Below the pieces are notes generated by a model. It had not been told where the DNA came from. It searched no databases and worked only from the letters and a program-made list of their open reading frames with translations. A program made the position numbers and the translations under genes. Below, piece by piece: positions 9,004 to 20,896 of a stretch of DNA of 64,000 bases (positions within the stretch are counted from its first letter, which is position 1; each line of letters opens with the position of its first letter). Source of the stretch: Pseudomonadota bacterium (GTDB lineage Bacteria; Pseudomonadota; Gammaproteobacteria; JBCCGL01); NCBI GenBank assembly GCA_039029275.1, contig JBCCGL010000011.1:44676-108675 (forward strand), given 5' to 3'.

Positions 9004-11433
9004 ATGAAATCACACGCCAAAGTCGTTGTAGTGGGCGGTGGATGCGTGGGCGCATCGATCCTTTACGGTTTAACCAATCATGGCTGCAGTGATGTCGTGA
9101 TGTTGGAGCGCACACAATTGACGTCCGGGTCGACATGGCACGCGGCGGGCCTTTTGGTGACATTTGCCCGCTCGTTCAATCTCTCGAAAATGGCGATGGA
9201 AAGTATCAACATCTACAAGGAAGTTGAAGAAAAACTGGGGACCTCAGTGGGGCTGCGTCAGGTCGGTCAGTTGCGCGTCGCCAACACCGAAAAGCGTTGG
9301 GATGAATTTCAAAGCTACATCTCAATCGCCGAAGCGGCCGGAATACCGTGTCGTTTGTTGACACCGCAAGAAGTGGCTGAAGCGCACCCGCTGCTGGCGC
9401 AAAACGAAAACATTCGTGGCGGCATCCTGCATGACAAAGATGGCTATGTGAATCCATCAGACATCACCATGGGTCTGGCCAAACTCGCCCGCGAACAGGG
9501 CGCGGTTATTTACCAGGATACCGAGGCCACAGCATACGAACACCAGGCAGACGGCCTCTGGAAAGTCACCACTAACCAGGGTGATATCACCTGTGAGCAT
9601 CTGGTCTTTGCAACAGGTAACTACACCCGCGAAAACGCACGCCGAGTTGGCCTGGATTTGCCCTGCATTCCGATCGTGCACCAATACTGGACAACCGAGC
9701 CTGTCCCTGAGCTGCTGCGACGTCGCAAGGAAGGTCTGCCGGAATTTCCAATCCTGCGTGACGAGGACTACGGTGCCTACCTGCGCGAGGATGTTGGCGG
9801 GTTCCAGTTTGGCCCGTACGAATTCGAAAAAGACCTCAAGCTGTTCGCCGAAGACCGAGTACCCCCCGATTTTGGTGCGGACCTGCTGCCGGAAGATTTT
9901 GAGGCAGTATCCACCCAGTGGGAACGCGCAATCGAACGCGTACCTGCACTGGGCGAAGTGGGCATCAAGGCCAATACGCGCGGCCCCTTCCAGATGACGC
10001 CAGACGAACTGCCACTTTGTGGTCCTGCGCCAAAGCGTCAAAACCTGTGGCTGGCTGAAGGCGTGCCTGGCGGCATATTCTGGGGAGGCACTTTGGGTGA
10101 GCGCCTGGCCCGTTGGATCATTAATGGTGATCCAGGCATTGATATGTCTGAAATTGATCCTCGCCGCTTTGGCGACTTTGCCTCCAAACGCTGGACCATG
10201 GATGTCGTGCGCGAAACCTGGGGCAACCATATGCACGCGCATGTGCCCGGTGAGGATTTTCCCTCGGCTCGCCCAATGAAAACAGCGCCCTCTTACGATT
10301 TACTCACCGCGCACGGCGCCGTCTGGACCTCGCTCAATGGCTACGAATTCCCCCGCTGGTTTGCCCCGTCACCGGAACAGGCGATTCCAGAGCACAGTTT
10401 TCGCCGCACGGAGCATATGGAGTACGTTCAGCAGGAAGTGAAAACCACGCGTGAAGAAGCCGGTTTTATCGAAATGTCGCCGATGACCAAATTTACCGTG
10501 CGCGGTCCCGGGGCCGCCGCGTGGCTCGACGGCATTATGGCCAACAAGCTGCCCAAAGTGGGTCACATGACTCTAGCGCTGGCTCTCAACCCACGCGGGG
10601 GAATGGAAGGTGAGTACACCGTTGTGCGTTACGCAGAAAATGACTTTTATCTGGTCAGCACTCCGACCGGTCAGGTGCATAACTGGGATTATTTATCGCA
10701 TCGCTTACCCGCCGATGGCTCTGTAGAAATGCAGGATATCTCAGAACAATTCGGCGTGATTGCATTGGCCGGACCTAAGGCACGCGAGATACTCCAGCCA
10801 TTGACCGATAATGACCTTTCCAACGAGGCTTTCCCCTGGCTCTCGGCACAAATGGGTGAAGTGGGTTACGCCAAGGGTGTTCACCTGCTGCGTGTCAGCT
10901 ATACCGGTGAGCTCGGTTGGGAACTGCACCACCCGATTGGGTATAACCGCCATTTGGTCGATCAGCTTCTCAAGGCGGGCGTCAAGCCGTTTGGCCTTGA
11001 AGCGCTTGAGTCCATGCGACTGGAAAAATCCTACCGCGCGATCAACCGCGAAATCTGCAAGGATCTGACTCCATTCGAAGTGAGTCTGGATCGGTTCGTC
11101 GTGCTCGAAGGCCGCGAATTTATCGGACGTGATGCACTTGTCAAGCAAAAGGAAGAAGAGGATTACCGCGTACTGGTCACCCTGAAACTGCCCTCGTGTG
11201 ATACCTCAGTTATCGCCGATGAAAGCGTCTTTAAAGACGGCGAGTTAATCGGTCGCGTGACTTCAGGGGGGTTCTCGTACCACTGCGACCACGATATTGC
11301 CATGGCGCTGGTGCCACAGGAATTCGCAGCCGATGGCACCCGAATGCAGGTAAAAATCCATAACGAACTTCGCGACGCTGAGGTTGTGGATGTTTGCCTC
11401 TACGATCCAAGCAGTGCGCGTGCACGCGTCTGA
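9004..11433 (+). CDS. GcvT-family FAD/folate-dependent oxidoreductase (dimethylglycine/sarcosine dehydrogenase-like)
   Basis: GGGCVG Rossmann motif, LTSGSTWHAAG, C-terminal GcvT domain (RVSYTGELGWELH, ESMRLEKSY). Confidence 0.92.
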   Translation: MKSHAKVVVVGGGCVGASILYGLTNHGCSDVVMLERTQLTSGSTWHAAGLLVTFARSFNLSKMAMESINIYKEVEEKLGTSVGLRQVGQLRVANTEKRWDEFQSYISIAEAAGIPCRLLTPQEVAEAHPLLAQNENIRGGILHDKDGYVNPSDITMGLAKLAREQGAVIYQDTEATAYEHQADGLWKVTTNQGDITCEHLVFATGNYTRENARRVGLDLPCIPIVHQYWTTEPVPELLRRRKEGLPEFPILRDEDYGAYLREDVGGFQFGPYEFEKDLKLFAEDRVPPDFGADLLPEDFEAVSTQWERAIERVPALGEVGIKANTRGPFQMTPDELPLCGPAPKRQNLWLAEGVPGGIFWGGTLGERLARWIINGDPGIDMSEIDPRRFGDFASKRWTMDVVRETWGNHMHAHVPGEDFPSARPMKTAPSYDLLTAHGAVWTSLNGYEFPRWFAPSPEQAIPEHSFRRTEHMEYVQQEVKTTREEAGFIEMSPMTKFTVRGPGAAAWLDGIMANKLPKVGHMTLALALNPRGGMEGEYTVVRYAENDFYLVSTPTGQVHNWDYLSHRLPADGSVEMQDISEQFGVIALAGPKAREILQPLTDNDLSNEAFPWLSAQMGEVGYAKGVHLLRVSYTGELGWELHHPIGYNRHLVDQLLKAGVKPFGLEALESMRLEKSYRAINREICKDLTPFEVSLDRFVVLEGREFIGRDALVKQKEEEDYRVLVTLKLPSCDTSVIADESVFKDGELIGRVTSGGFSYHCDHDIAMALVPQEFAADGTRMQVKIHNELRDAEVVDVCLYDPSSARARV

Positions 11434-11450
11434 TCGGGAGAAAATAAAAA

Positions 11451-12965
11451 ATGACAGTAAAGGCACGCGGCGAACGCAGCGGCCGCTCGGCTCGGGTAAA
11501 GGCTCGCATCAACCCGCCTCCAGTCTATCTGCCGACGCTGAACCGCAAGATCGGGCCGATTGAGCTGCTTGATTCCGAGGGCGTCGAAAAAATCCATACC
11601 GCCGCGATGACCATCCTTGAAACAACGGGGATCGAGTTTCGTGACCCGGTCGCTCTGGCCGATTGGAAAAAAGCCGGTGCAGATGTACAGGATCAACGAG
11701 TGCGCATCGGGCGCGATATGTTGATGGAGCTGATTTCGAGCGTTCCGTCAACGTATCGCATGCATGCGCGCAACCCGGAGCACACAATTGATGTGGGCGG
11801 GCGCAACTCGATCTTCGCCAACGCCTATGGAACGCCTTTCGTTTACGGATTGGATGGGGTCCGACGACCTTCCATGCTCGATGATGCGCACAACTTTTTC
11901 AAGCTCGCGCAGACGAGTCAGGCTATGCACGTTCCGGGTATTCTGCCGGTTGAACCGCAGGATGTCCCGGTACCCCAACGCCACCTGGATCTGGTCTCCT
12001 CGGCACTGACATTGACCGATAAACCCATCATGGGGTCTGTGCTGTCTGAGACCGCGGCGCGCGACACCGTGGAAATGGTGCGCATTGTTTTCGGGGAGGA
12101 CTTCGTCGATCAAAACGTCGTGCTGACCTCTTTGCTCAACTGCAATACGCCGCTGGTGTGGGATGAAACAATGTTGGAAAGCCTGCGTGTCTACGCGGCC
12201 GCCAATCAGCCCTGTCTGCTTTCACCGTTTGTATTGGCAGGTGCCAGCACACCCGCCAGCCCGTTCGGCGGTGTGGCGCTGTTGATTGCTGAATCACTGG
12301 CGGGTATGGCGTACAGCCAGATTATTCGTCGCGGATGCCCGATGGTGATGGGTGTAGCGATTATGGGCGTATCGATGAAGACCGGCGCACCAATGATGGG
12401 GTCACCCGAGCCCGGTCTGATGAATCTGCTGGTTGGCCAGATGGCGCGATTTTACCAGGTGCCATGGCGTTCCTGTACCATGTGGAGTGGTTCCAAATCA
12501 CCCGACTTGCAGGCGGGATTTGATAGCGCAAATACGATGTGGCCGGTACTGCTGGGTGGGTGTAACTTTCTGGTTCACACCGCCGGCTTTCTTGAAGGTG
12601 CGCTGGGAATCAGCTACTCGAAATGGGTCCATGATGCTTACCAGTTGGAGGCTTACCATCGTTTTTTCTCCGGGCTAAAAGAAGAAAATATAAGTGACCT
12701 GCTGAGTGACATCGCCGAGATTGGGCCCGGCGGGCACTTCCTCGGCACCGATCACACCCGCGAGAATCCGCTGCAGGTTAATCCCCTGCAAAATAACGAC
12801 AGCTTTGAGCAGTGGTATGACGAGGGCGCCAGGAACGCGGACGAGGTTGGACGCGAAGAGGCTAAGCGTATGCTGAGCGCGTATGTTAAGCCGCCAATGC
12901 CCGACGGTCAGGCCGGCGCACTGGCAGAATTCGTCGCCAAGAAACGCGTCGAATACATCAACTAG
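11451..12965 (+). CDS. MttB-superfamily (trimethylamine/quaternary amine) methyltransferase, non-pyrrolysine
   Basis: NCNTPLVWD, PFVLAGASTP, GSKSPDLQAGFDSA, HTAGFLEG, IGPGGHFLG; no in-frame amber codon. Confidence 0.9.
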   Translation: MTVKARGERSGRSARVKARINPPPVYLPTLNRKIGPIELLDSEGVEKIHTAAMTILETTGIEFRDPVALADWKKAGADVQDQRVRIGRDMLMELISSVPSTYRMHARNPEHTIDVGGRNSIFANAYGTPFVYGLDGVRRPSMLDDAHNFFKLAQTSQAMHVPGILPVEPQDVPVPQRHLDLVSSALTLTDKPIMGSVLSETAARDTVEMVRIVFGEDFVDQNVVLTSLLNCNTPLVWDETMLESLRVYAAANQPCLLSPFVLAGASTPASPFGGVALLIAESLAGMAYSQIIRRGCPMVMGVAIMGVSMKTGAPMMGSPEPGLMNLLVGQMARFYQVPWRSCTMWSGSKSPDLQAGFDSANTMWPVLLGGCNFLVHTAGFLEGALGISYSKWVHDAYQLEAYHRFFSGLKEENISDLLSDIAEIGPGGHFLGTDHTRENPLQVNPLQNNDSFEQWYDEGARNADEVGREEAKRMLSAYVKPPMPDGQAGALAEFVAKKRVEYIN

Positions 12966-12999
12966 GCAACAATTTGGCGCATGTAACCGGAGGGGGCCG

Positions 13000-14010
13000 A
13001 TGACTAACGTGACGACAAAAACAATCTCGCTCGCAGACGTACGGGCATTGGCCAAGCGCGTGCTTGTATCAGGCGGAATGGACGAACGCGGTAGCGATGT
13101 TATCGCTGACCTCGTGACAATGTGCGAGCGCGACGGGCCGCGCAGTCATGGATTGGCGATGCTGCCGCGCTATGTGCAGAGCTTTGAGTCGGGCTACGCC
13201 AATGGTGCTGCTCGCCCGAGTGTCGAAAAGATCGCCCCGGGCGTGCTGCGCGGCGATGGCGACAACGGGTATTTCCAGATTGCCTCTGACGTAGCTCGTC
13301 CAAAATTAATCGAACTGGCGCGCGAAAATGGCATTGCCGGCTTTACCTGTGCCAACACACATCATTTGTCAGGCCTGCGTTTCGAAACTGAAGCGCTGGC
13401 CAATGAAGGATTGGTCGCCATGTGCGTTGTCAACTCACTCGCACTGATTGTGCCTCACGGCGGCAACCGACCCGTTTTCGGCACCAACCCGATGTCGTTT
13501 GCCTGCCCGCGCGAAGGCGATGAACCGATCGTTTGGGACCAATCGTCATCAGTCGTGGCATTGATGGATATAAAACTGGCCGCCGCTGAAGGCCATGATC
13601 TTGATGTGCCGGGAGGGCTGGATCGCGCGGGCAATATCACCACCGATGCTGCCGAGATCAGCCAAACCCTGAGCCTGCTGCCTTTTGCGGAGCACAAAGG
13701 AACCTGTATTGCCATGATGGTTGAAATCATGGGGGCCGCGTTGGCGGGCGGCACACCCTCGATTAAAACCGAGGAAAAAGAGTCCTTTGGCTCACTTAAT
13801 GTTAAGCCCGGTGTGACCACCATCGCGATTGATCCGCACAAGTGGGGCAACCCCGGATTTCTCAAGCAGATCGGGCAAATGGTCGAGGATATGTGTGCTG
13901 CACCCGGCGTGCGCGTACCGGGAGACGGTCGCTTGCAACGTCGCGCCACAGCAAAGACGGACGGCATTGTGGCAAGCGCAGAACTCCTGGCGCAACTGGG
14001 CTACGAATAA
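13000..14010 (+). CDS. Ldh_2-family reductase, DpkA-like (Pyr2C/Pip2C reductase clade)
   Basis: ERDGPRSHG, THHL, VVNSLALIVPHGGNRPVFGTNP and LLPFAEHKG closely parallel Pseudomonas DpkA as recalled; ATG 13000 follows a GGAGG RBS. Confidence 0.82.
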   Translation: MTNVTTKTISLADVRALAKRVLVSGGMDERGSDVIADLVTMCERDGPRSHGLAMLPRYVQSFESGYANGAARPSVEKIAPGVLRGDGDNGYFQIASDVARPKLIELARENGIAGFTCANTHHLSGLRFETEALANEGLVAMCVVNSLALIVPHGGNRPVFGTNPMSFACPREGDEPIVWDQSSSVVALMDIKLAAAEGHDLDVPGGLDRAGNITTDAAEISQTLSLLPFAEHKGTCIAMMVEIMGAALAGGTPSIKTEEKESFGSLNVKPGVTTIAIDPHKWGNPGFLKQIGQMVEDMCAAPGVRVPGDGRLQRRATAKTDGIVASAELLAQLGYE

Positions 14011-14022
14011 GGTCAACTACCT

Positions 14023-15264
14023 GTGAAGCGAGTCGTTGTCGTTGGCGGTGGCGTCGTCGGTATATCCTGCGCGTTGTCCTTACAGGCCGATGGCCACCAC
14101 GTCACTGTGTTGGAACCAGGACCAATTGGTGAGGGTGCCAGCTGGGCTTCCTGCGGCTGCATCGCCGTGGGTGAAATCGTGCCCTTGTCGCAGCCCGGCA
14201 TGTTGGCGAAAGTCCCGGGCTGGTTAATCGATCCCGACGCGCCCTTGTCTCTGCGCCCGGCCACTGCACTGTCGCTGCTGCCATGGTTTGCACGCTTCAC
14301 TGCCAATGCGCGTCCGTCGCGTATGCGCGCGATTGCGAAAGACTTGTCTGCGCTCACGTTCTGTGCAACTGCAGATTTCAAGACACAGATTGCCGACGTT
14401 GGATGCTCCGAGTTGTTGGTTGAACGTCCCGTGCTCAAGTTATTTGACGACGAATCCGACCGCGACACCATGGGAGCTGCGTTTGGACTGGCGCGTGAAA
14501 TGGGTTGTACGATTGATGAAGTTTCGGGTCAGGAGGCGCATGAAATAGATCCCGCGATTGCAGCTGATTTTAAATACGCAGCGGTGCTACGCGACTGGAG
14601 CTACGTGACCGATCCAAAGTATCTGGTTGAAGCGCTGGTTGATGCGTTTGCCCGACGGGGAGGCACGGTGCAGCCATCGGCTGCAACCGGTTTTGATCGT
14701 GAGGGCAACAAAATAGTCGGCGTGCGTCTTGAACAGGGCAGCGTGGTAGAAGCAGACGAAGTCGTTCTTGCGGCAGGCACTCATTCCAAGGCACTGGCCA
14801 GGAGTTTGGGTTTGACATTGCATTTGGAAGGCTTAATCGGTTACTCCACAGCTTTACGCAACGCGGGTGTTGATTTGCAGCACACTGTTTTCTATCCAAA
14901 AGGCGGCTTTGGGATTACGCCTTACGATGGTGCGCTTGCTGTCGCAGGTACAATTGAATTTGCCGGCGCCAATGCTGCACCCAGATGGCGGCGGGCCGAG
15001 GTACTGGTAAAACAGGCGCACCGTGTATTGCCGGGTCTGCGAGATGATCAGGCTGAGCGTCGCATGGGAAGGCGGCCCTTCACGCCTGATACGCGGCCGA
15101 TCATAGGGCGCACTAAAAAGCTGGCAAACCTCACGCTGGCTACCGGTCATGGCCAGCTTGGATTAACGTTGGGTGCCACAACGGGCGGTCTTGTCGCAGA
15201 CGTCGTTACAGGTCGCAAACCCCGTCTGGATATTGCGGCCTACAGCCCTGACCGGTTTTCCTGA
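14023..15264 (+). CDS. FAD-dependent D-amino acid dehydrogenase/oxidase (DadA/HypO-like)
   Basis: GGGVVG, GASWASCG, MGRRPFTPDTRPIIG, TGHGQLGLTLG. Confidence 0.88.
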   Translation: MKRVVVVGGGVVGISCALSLQADGHHVTVLEPGPIGEGASWASCGCIAVGEIVPLSQPGMLAKVPGWLIDPDAPLSLRPATALSLLPWFARFTANARPSRMRAIAKDLSALTFCATADFKTQIADVGCSELLVERPVLKLFDDESDRDTMGAAFGLAREMGCTIDEVSGQEAHEIDPAIAADFKYAAVLRDWSYVTDPKYLVEALVDAFARRGGTVQPSAATGFDREGNKIVGVRLEQGSVVEADEVVLAAGTHSKALARSLGLTLHLEGLIGYSTALRNAGVDLQHTVFYPKGGFGITPYDGALAVAGTIEFAGANAAPRWRRAEVLVKQAHRVLPGLRDDQAERRMGRRPFTPDTRPIIGRTKKLANLTLATGHGQLGLTLGATTGGLVADVVTGRKPRLDIAAYSPDRFS

Positions 15265-15351
15265 ATATCGCCGCAGTGCGATAAAGTGAGCGGTTGATTT
15301 GTATTGCCGTCTCTGATGTTTTTGACCTGACTACGTTTAGAAAAGTAAAAG

Positions 15352-16455
15352 ATGAAAATAAAAGAAATCCATATCTACCAGCACGATCTGCCGGTGAAAA
15401 ATGGCCCCTATACGATGGCCAGTTGCACGGTGCACGCGCTTGACAGCACGCTGATCAAGCTTGTCGCTGAGGATGGCACCGAGGGCTGGGGGGAAACCTG
15501 TCCGGTCGGCCCAACCTACGCTGAATCTCACGCGCAGGGCGCGCGCGCCGCGCTTCATCTGCTGGCCGAGGGTCTGATCGGTGCCGATATTTGGCCACTG
15601 AGCCTGCAACGCAAAGCGAACAGTCTGCTTAATGGGCATAACTATGCAAAAGCGGCCGTGGATATCGCCGCACACGATCTCATGGGAAAACACTTTGGGA
15701 TGAATGTCGCTGATCTGCTAGGTGGAGCAGTCACGAATCGAGTTCCGTCGTACTACGCAACGGGTGTTGGTGCACCCGACGATATCGCGCGTCTGGCCGG
15801 CGAAAAGCGCGACGAAGGTTATCCGCGCTTACAGGTTAAAGTTGGCGGGCGACCGGTTGAAATTGATATCGAAACCATTCGAAAAGTGTGGGAAGTGATC
15901 GGGGGCTGGGGAATGCGCATGGCCGTCGATGGCAATCGAGGCTGGACCACGCGCGATGCGCTGCGAGTGAGTCGCGAATGCCCGGATATACCCTTTATCA
16001 TGGAACAGCCGTGCAACACCTACCAGGATCTTGAGAAGATACGACCGCAAGTCGGTCACGGTATATACATGGATGAGAACAGCGTCGATTTAAATACGGT
16101 GATATCAGCCGCGGGCACAGGGCTGGTGGATGGTTTTGGCATGAAAGTGACGCGTATTGGCGGCTTACAGAATATGCGCGCGTTTCGCGATATTTGCGAG
16201 GCGCGTAACTTGCCTCATACCTGCGACGATAGTTGGGGCGGCGACGTAATTGCTGCGGCGTGCACTCAGATCGGATCTACCATGCGTCCTGATCTCTGCG
16301 AAGGCGTATGGCTGGCTGCGCCGTATATCGAAGGACACTACGACTCTCAAAACGGTATCAGTATCAACGGCGGTCATATCCAACGACCGACCGGTCCTGG
16401 TCTGGGCGTAACGCCTGATGAAGCTATGTTCGGCGAACCTATTGCCAGCTTCTGA
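15352..16455 (+). CDS. hpbD: 4-hydroxyproline betaine 2-epimerase / proline betaine racemase (enolase superfamily)
   Basis: [59 protein letters not shown] and [10 protein letters not shown] match Pelagibaca HpbD (as recalled) along nearly the full length. Confidence 0.88.
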   Translation: MKIKEIHIYQHDLPVKNGPYTMASCTVHALDSTLIKLVAEDGTEGWGETCPVGPTYAESHAQGARAALHLLAEGLIGADIWPLSLQRKANSLLNGHNYAKAAVDIAAHDLMGKHFGMNVADLLGGAVTNRVPSYYATGVGAPDDIARLAGEKRDEGYPRLQVKVGGRPVEIDIETIRKVWEVIGGWGMRMAVDGNRGWTTRDALRVSRECPDIPFIMEQPCNTYQDLEKIRPQVGHGIYMDENSVDLNTVISAAGTGLVDGFGMKVTRIGGLQNMRAFRDICEARNLPHTCDDSWGGDVIAAACTQIGSTMRPDLCEGVWLAAPYIEGHYDSQNGISINGGHIQRPTGPGLGVTPDEAMFGEPIASF

Positions 16456-16612
16456 TCATAAACACTACTCGCCAATTAGGTCGCGAGTATTCAGCGTTTA
16501 ACAACCCAATGCAGCGAATCCTGTGAGAACAAACAACGGCGGACTATTTTCAGGAACACAAGAATTAAAATTGGCAGAGAAAATTTCGCGATAGCGAGGC
16601 TGCTGCGAGAAT

Positions 16613-16634
16613 CACCCCGACAGACGCCGGGGTG
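16613..16634. terminator. possible terminator hairpin between convergent hpbD and BCCT
   Basis: CACCCCG/CGGGGTG 7 bp stem, 8 nt loop; weak U tract. Confidence 0.3.
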
Positions 16635-16657
16635 TTGTGAGATTTCGTTACGTGTTT

Positions 16658-18223
<1,566 letters not shown>

Positions 18224-18443
18224 ACCACTCCTCCGGTTAGTTGTGTTGTCCCCCGAGCATTACACATTGTTGCGCTTACAACAACGTGTGATTTCAGCGT
18301 CTCGTCTTAGGCACGCGGTGACCGGATGACTGTATGCACCTTAAAAACCTGGAGTTAAAAATGATAAAGAATTTGATGGATTGACCGATTCTCTAGGAGA
18401 GGGAACAACGCTCATCTAATGCGGCGATAGTGAAAATATCAAG

Positions 18444-20753
18444 ATGAATGTCAAAACAAAGCTACTTATCACACTGAGCCTGTTGGCGATTGTGCCGATG
18501 CTCGTAACGGTTAGCGTGAGCGCCTGGGTTTCCGGGGATTCTGCAACCCGATTATTGGTTCGACAGACAGAGCAACAGCTTGCGCAGATACGCGACACAC
18601 AAAGACAAAACGTCAACAACTATCTAAATCAGATAGAACTTCTGCTCAAAAGTTATTCCCAAAGCAAAATGGCAATCGAGCTGTTAGATGAATTGGGTTA
18701 CAACGCGGAGGAATACGTTGATGAAAATCAGGATGTACCAATTGAAGAAACGCGGCAGACGCTGATTACCTATTACGAAGCAAATCCTTTGCTTGGCGAA
18801 TTTTCAGCCAGCGAACACGTGGCATCCCTCGAAGATTTTTCTGCTGTCATGCAGTACCGTTACATTGCGTTGAACGAAAACCCGGCACAAGAGCGGGAGA
18901 AGCTCATCAATCCCGGTGATTACTCATCGTATTCTGAGACCCATCGACGCTTTCAACAGGAAAATATCGATTACATGGCGTCGAATGGAATTGAGGATAT
19001 TTATATCATCGATTTTGAAGGAACGATTGTTTACTCAGTGCGCAAGAAAGCTGACTTTGGCACGTCGCTTTTGGACGGACCCTTCGCCAATAGCCGACTC
19101 GGTGAGCTATTCACGCAACTCGAATCGAAGGAATACAAGGGTGAGTTTCCGCTAAATTCAGACTTTTTTAGTTACCAGCCCTCGGGCGACACACAAACAC
19201 TGTTTATCGGCGCCCTGATAACCGACAGAACCGTGCCCTTAGGGATAGTTATCTTCCAACTGACGTCCCATGCCATCGACAACATCCTGACCAATCACGG
19301 TGATTGGCATTCAGCAGGTTTGGGCGAGACCGGACAAACCTATCTGGTGGGGCGAGACAAGACAGTTCGCAGCATCGATCGCAGATTCGTAGAAGCGCCC
19401 GAAGATTACCTTGAAAACCTGCAGCAAACGGGCGTAAGCGAGCAGTCGATCGAGGCGATTCGCAAACATCGCCATCCCATCAATATACAGGTGGTCGATA
19501 CGAAATCAGTTGATCTGGCACTGCAGGGAGAGTCCGGGTTTGCGCAGTTGCAGTCCAATTCCAGCGGCACAACTCTGTCCGCCTACGCACCTCTGGGGCA
19601 CGCGCGATTCGACTGGGCGATATTAGCTGAAATGGCGCAGACCGAAGCAAACGCACCCGCTGTCGAGTTAACCCAGCGAATACTGACCATAACTGCCGCC
19701 GCAGCAACTGCAGTCACTTTGATCGCCGTTCTGGCGGGAGGCCTATTTTCATCGCGATTGGTTCGCCCGATTGATCAGCTAACACGTGAGATTGACTACA
19801 TCGAATCGAACTCAGATCTCACAGTTAACCTGAGCGGTCATCCGTCTGACGTCACCATCGATATCGTGACATCGATGAATAAGATGCTGCGAAAACTTCA
19901 CGATATTATCAGTACGGTAGCGAAGGGAAGCGCGGAACTGTCTGGCGCGGCTGAGAATATTAATCGCATAAGCGAACAAACCTGCAAGGACATTCAAAAG
20001 CAAACCATCGAAACCAACAATATTACAGAGTCGATTGGCAAAATGATCGAGTCGATCCAGCAAAGCGATCAGGACGCTGGCGAAGCGAAAGTCGCAGCGA
20101 CTACTGCCGCAAGTCGAGCACACAGTGGTCGAGGAACAGTTGAGGCGACCACAAGCTCAGTTGGAAAATTCAACGACGAGATCACCAGCGCGTCTGAAGT
20201 GATCGGTCAGTTGGCTAAAAGTAGCACCGAGGTCAGCTCGGTTCTCGGTGTCATCAACACCATTGCAGAACAAACCAACCTTTTGGCTCTGAATGCGGCA
20301 ATCGAGGCGGCGCGAGCCGGCGACAAAGGGCGCGGATTCTCTGTCGTGGCTGACGAGGTGCGAGTACTGGCAAGCCGCACGCAAGAGTCGACCGAAGAAG
20401 TCCGAAAAATTGTCGACACCTTGCAGAAACACGCACAGGACGCGGTGGACACAATGGAAAATGGTCTTTCGCAAGGTCGCAATTGCGTCGATCGCGCTCA
20501 AGAAACCTCAAATGCGTTAACTGAAATCGCTGCATCGATTGAAAAACTTGCAGCATCAAATGACCGCGTTGCCAAAATCGCAAATGATCAGTTGCATAGT
20601 TCCAACCAGATTACCGAGCGACTCTCAGTTATCGGGCATATTTCAACGACGACCAACCGAAGTGCTCAAGACGTGCGACAAGCGAGCGAGGACATTAACC
20701 GTTTATCAACAGATCTGGATAAAGCGATTTCGGTATTCACATTATCCGCCTAG
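18444..20753 (+). CDS. methyl-accepting chemotaxis protein with large periplasmic Cache-like domain
   Basis: Two TM helices, HAMP region, signalling domain [34 protein letters not shown]. Confidence 0.93.
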   Translation: MNVKTKLLITLSLLAIVPMLVTVSVSAWVSGDSATRLLVRQTEQQLAQIRDTQRQNVNNYLNQIELLLKSYSQSKMAIELLDELGYNAEEYVDENQDVPIEETRQTLITYYEANPLLGEFSASEHVASLEDFSAVMQYRYIALNENPAQEREKLINPGDYSSYSETHRRFQQENIDYMASNGIEDIYIIDFEGTIVYSVRKKADFGTSLLDGPFANSRLGELFTQLESKEYKGEFPLNSDFFSYQPSGDTQTLFIGALITDRTVPLGIVIFQLTSHAIDNILTNHGDWHSAGLGETGQTYLVGRDKTVRSIDRRFVEAPEDYLENLQQTGVSEQSIEAIRKHRHPINIQVVDTKSVDLALQGESGFAQLQSNSSGTTLSAYAPLGHARFDWAILAEMAQTEANAPAVELTQRILTITAAAATAVTLIAVLAGGLFSSRLVRPIDQLTREIDYIESNSDLTVNLSGHPSDVTIDIVTSMNKMLRKLHDIISTVAKGSAELSGAAENINRISEQTCKDIQKQTIETNNITESIGKMIESIQQSDQDAGEAKVAATTAASRAHSGRGTVEATTSSVGKFNDEITSASEVIGQLAKSSTEVSSVLGVINTIAEQTNLLALNAAIEAARAGDKGRGFSVVADEVRVLASRTQESTEEVRKIVDTLQKHAQDAVDTMENGLSQGRNCVDRAQETSNALTEIAASIEKLAASNDRVAKIANDQLHSSNQITERLSVIGHISTTTNRSAQDVRQASEDINRLSTDLDKAISVFTLSA

Positions 20754-20832
20754 CGCATTTTTATTAATCGTTGCTCACGCAGTCAGCAAAATCGTATCAA
20801 CACCTCGCATGGATGAACACGACGCATAGCGC

Positions 20833-20888
20833 AAGACACAAAGTGCAGCCCGCGCTATAGTGAAATCGTTTTCTAATTGACGATTTCA
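20833..20888 (+). promoter_or_regulatory. putative sigma70 promoter plus 9 bp palindromic operator upstream of amine oxidase
   Basis: AAGACA-17-TATAGT (20833-20861), then TGAAATCGT-N10-ACGATTTCA (20861-20888). Confidence 0.5.
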
Positions 20889-20896
20889 TCATCCAT

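Noticed and set aside
11451-12965. Pyrrolysine recoding in MttB
   Set aside because: The ORF is continuous with no internal TAG, and there are no pyl genes.
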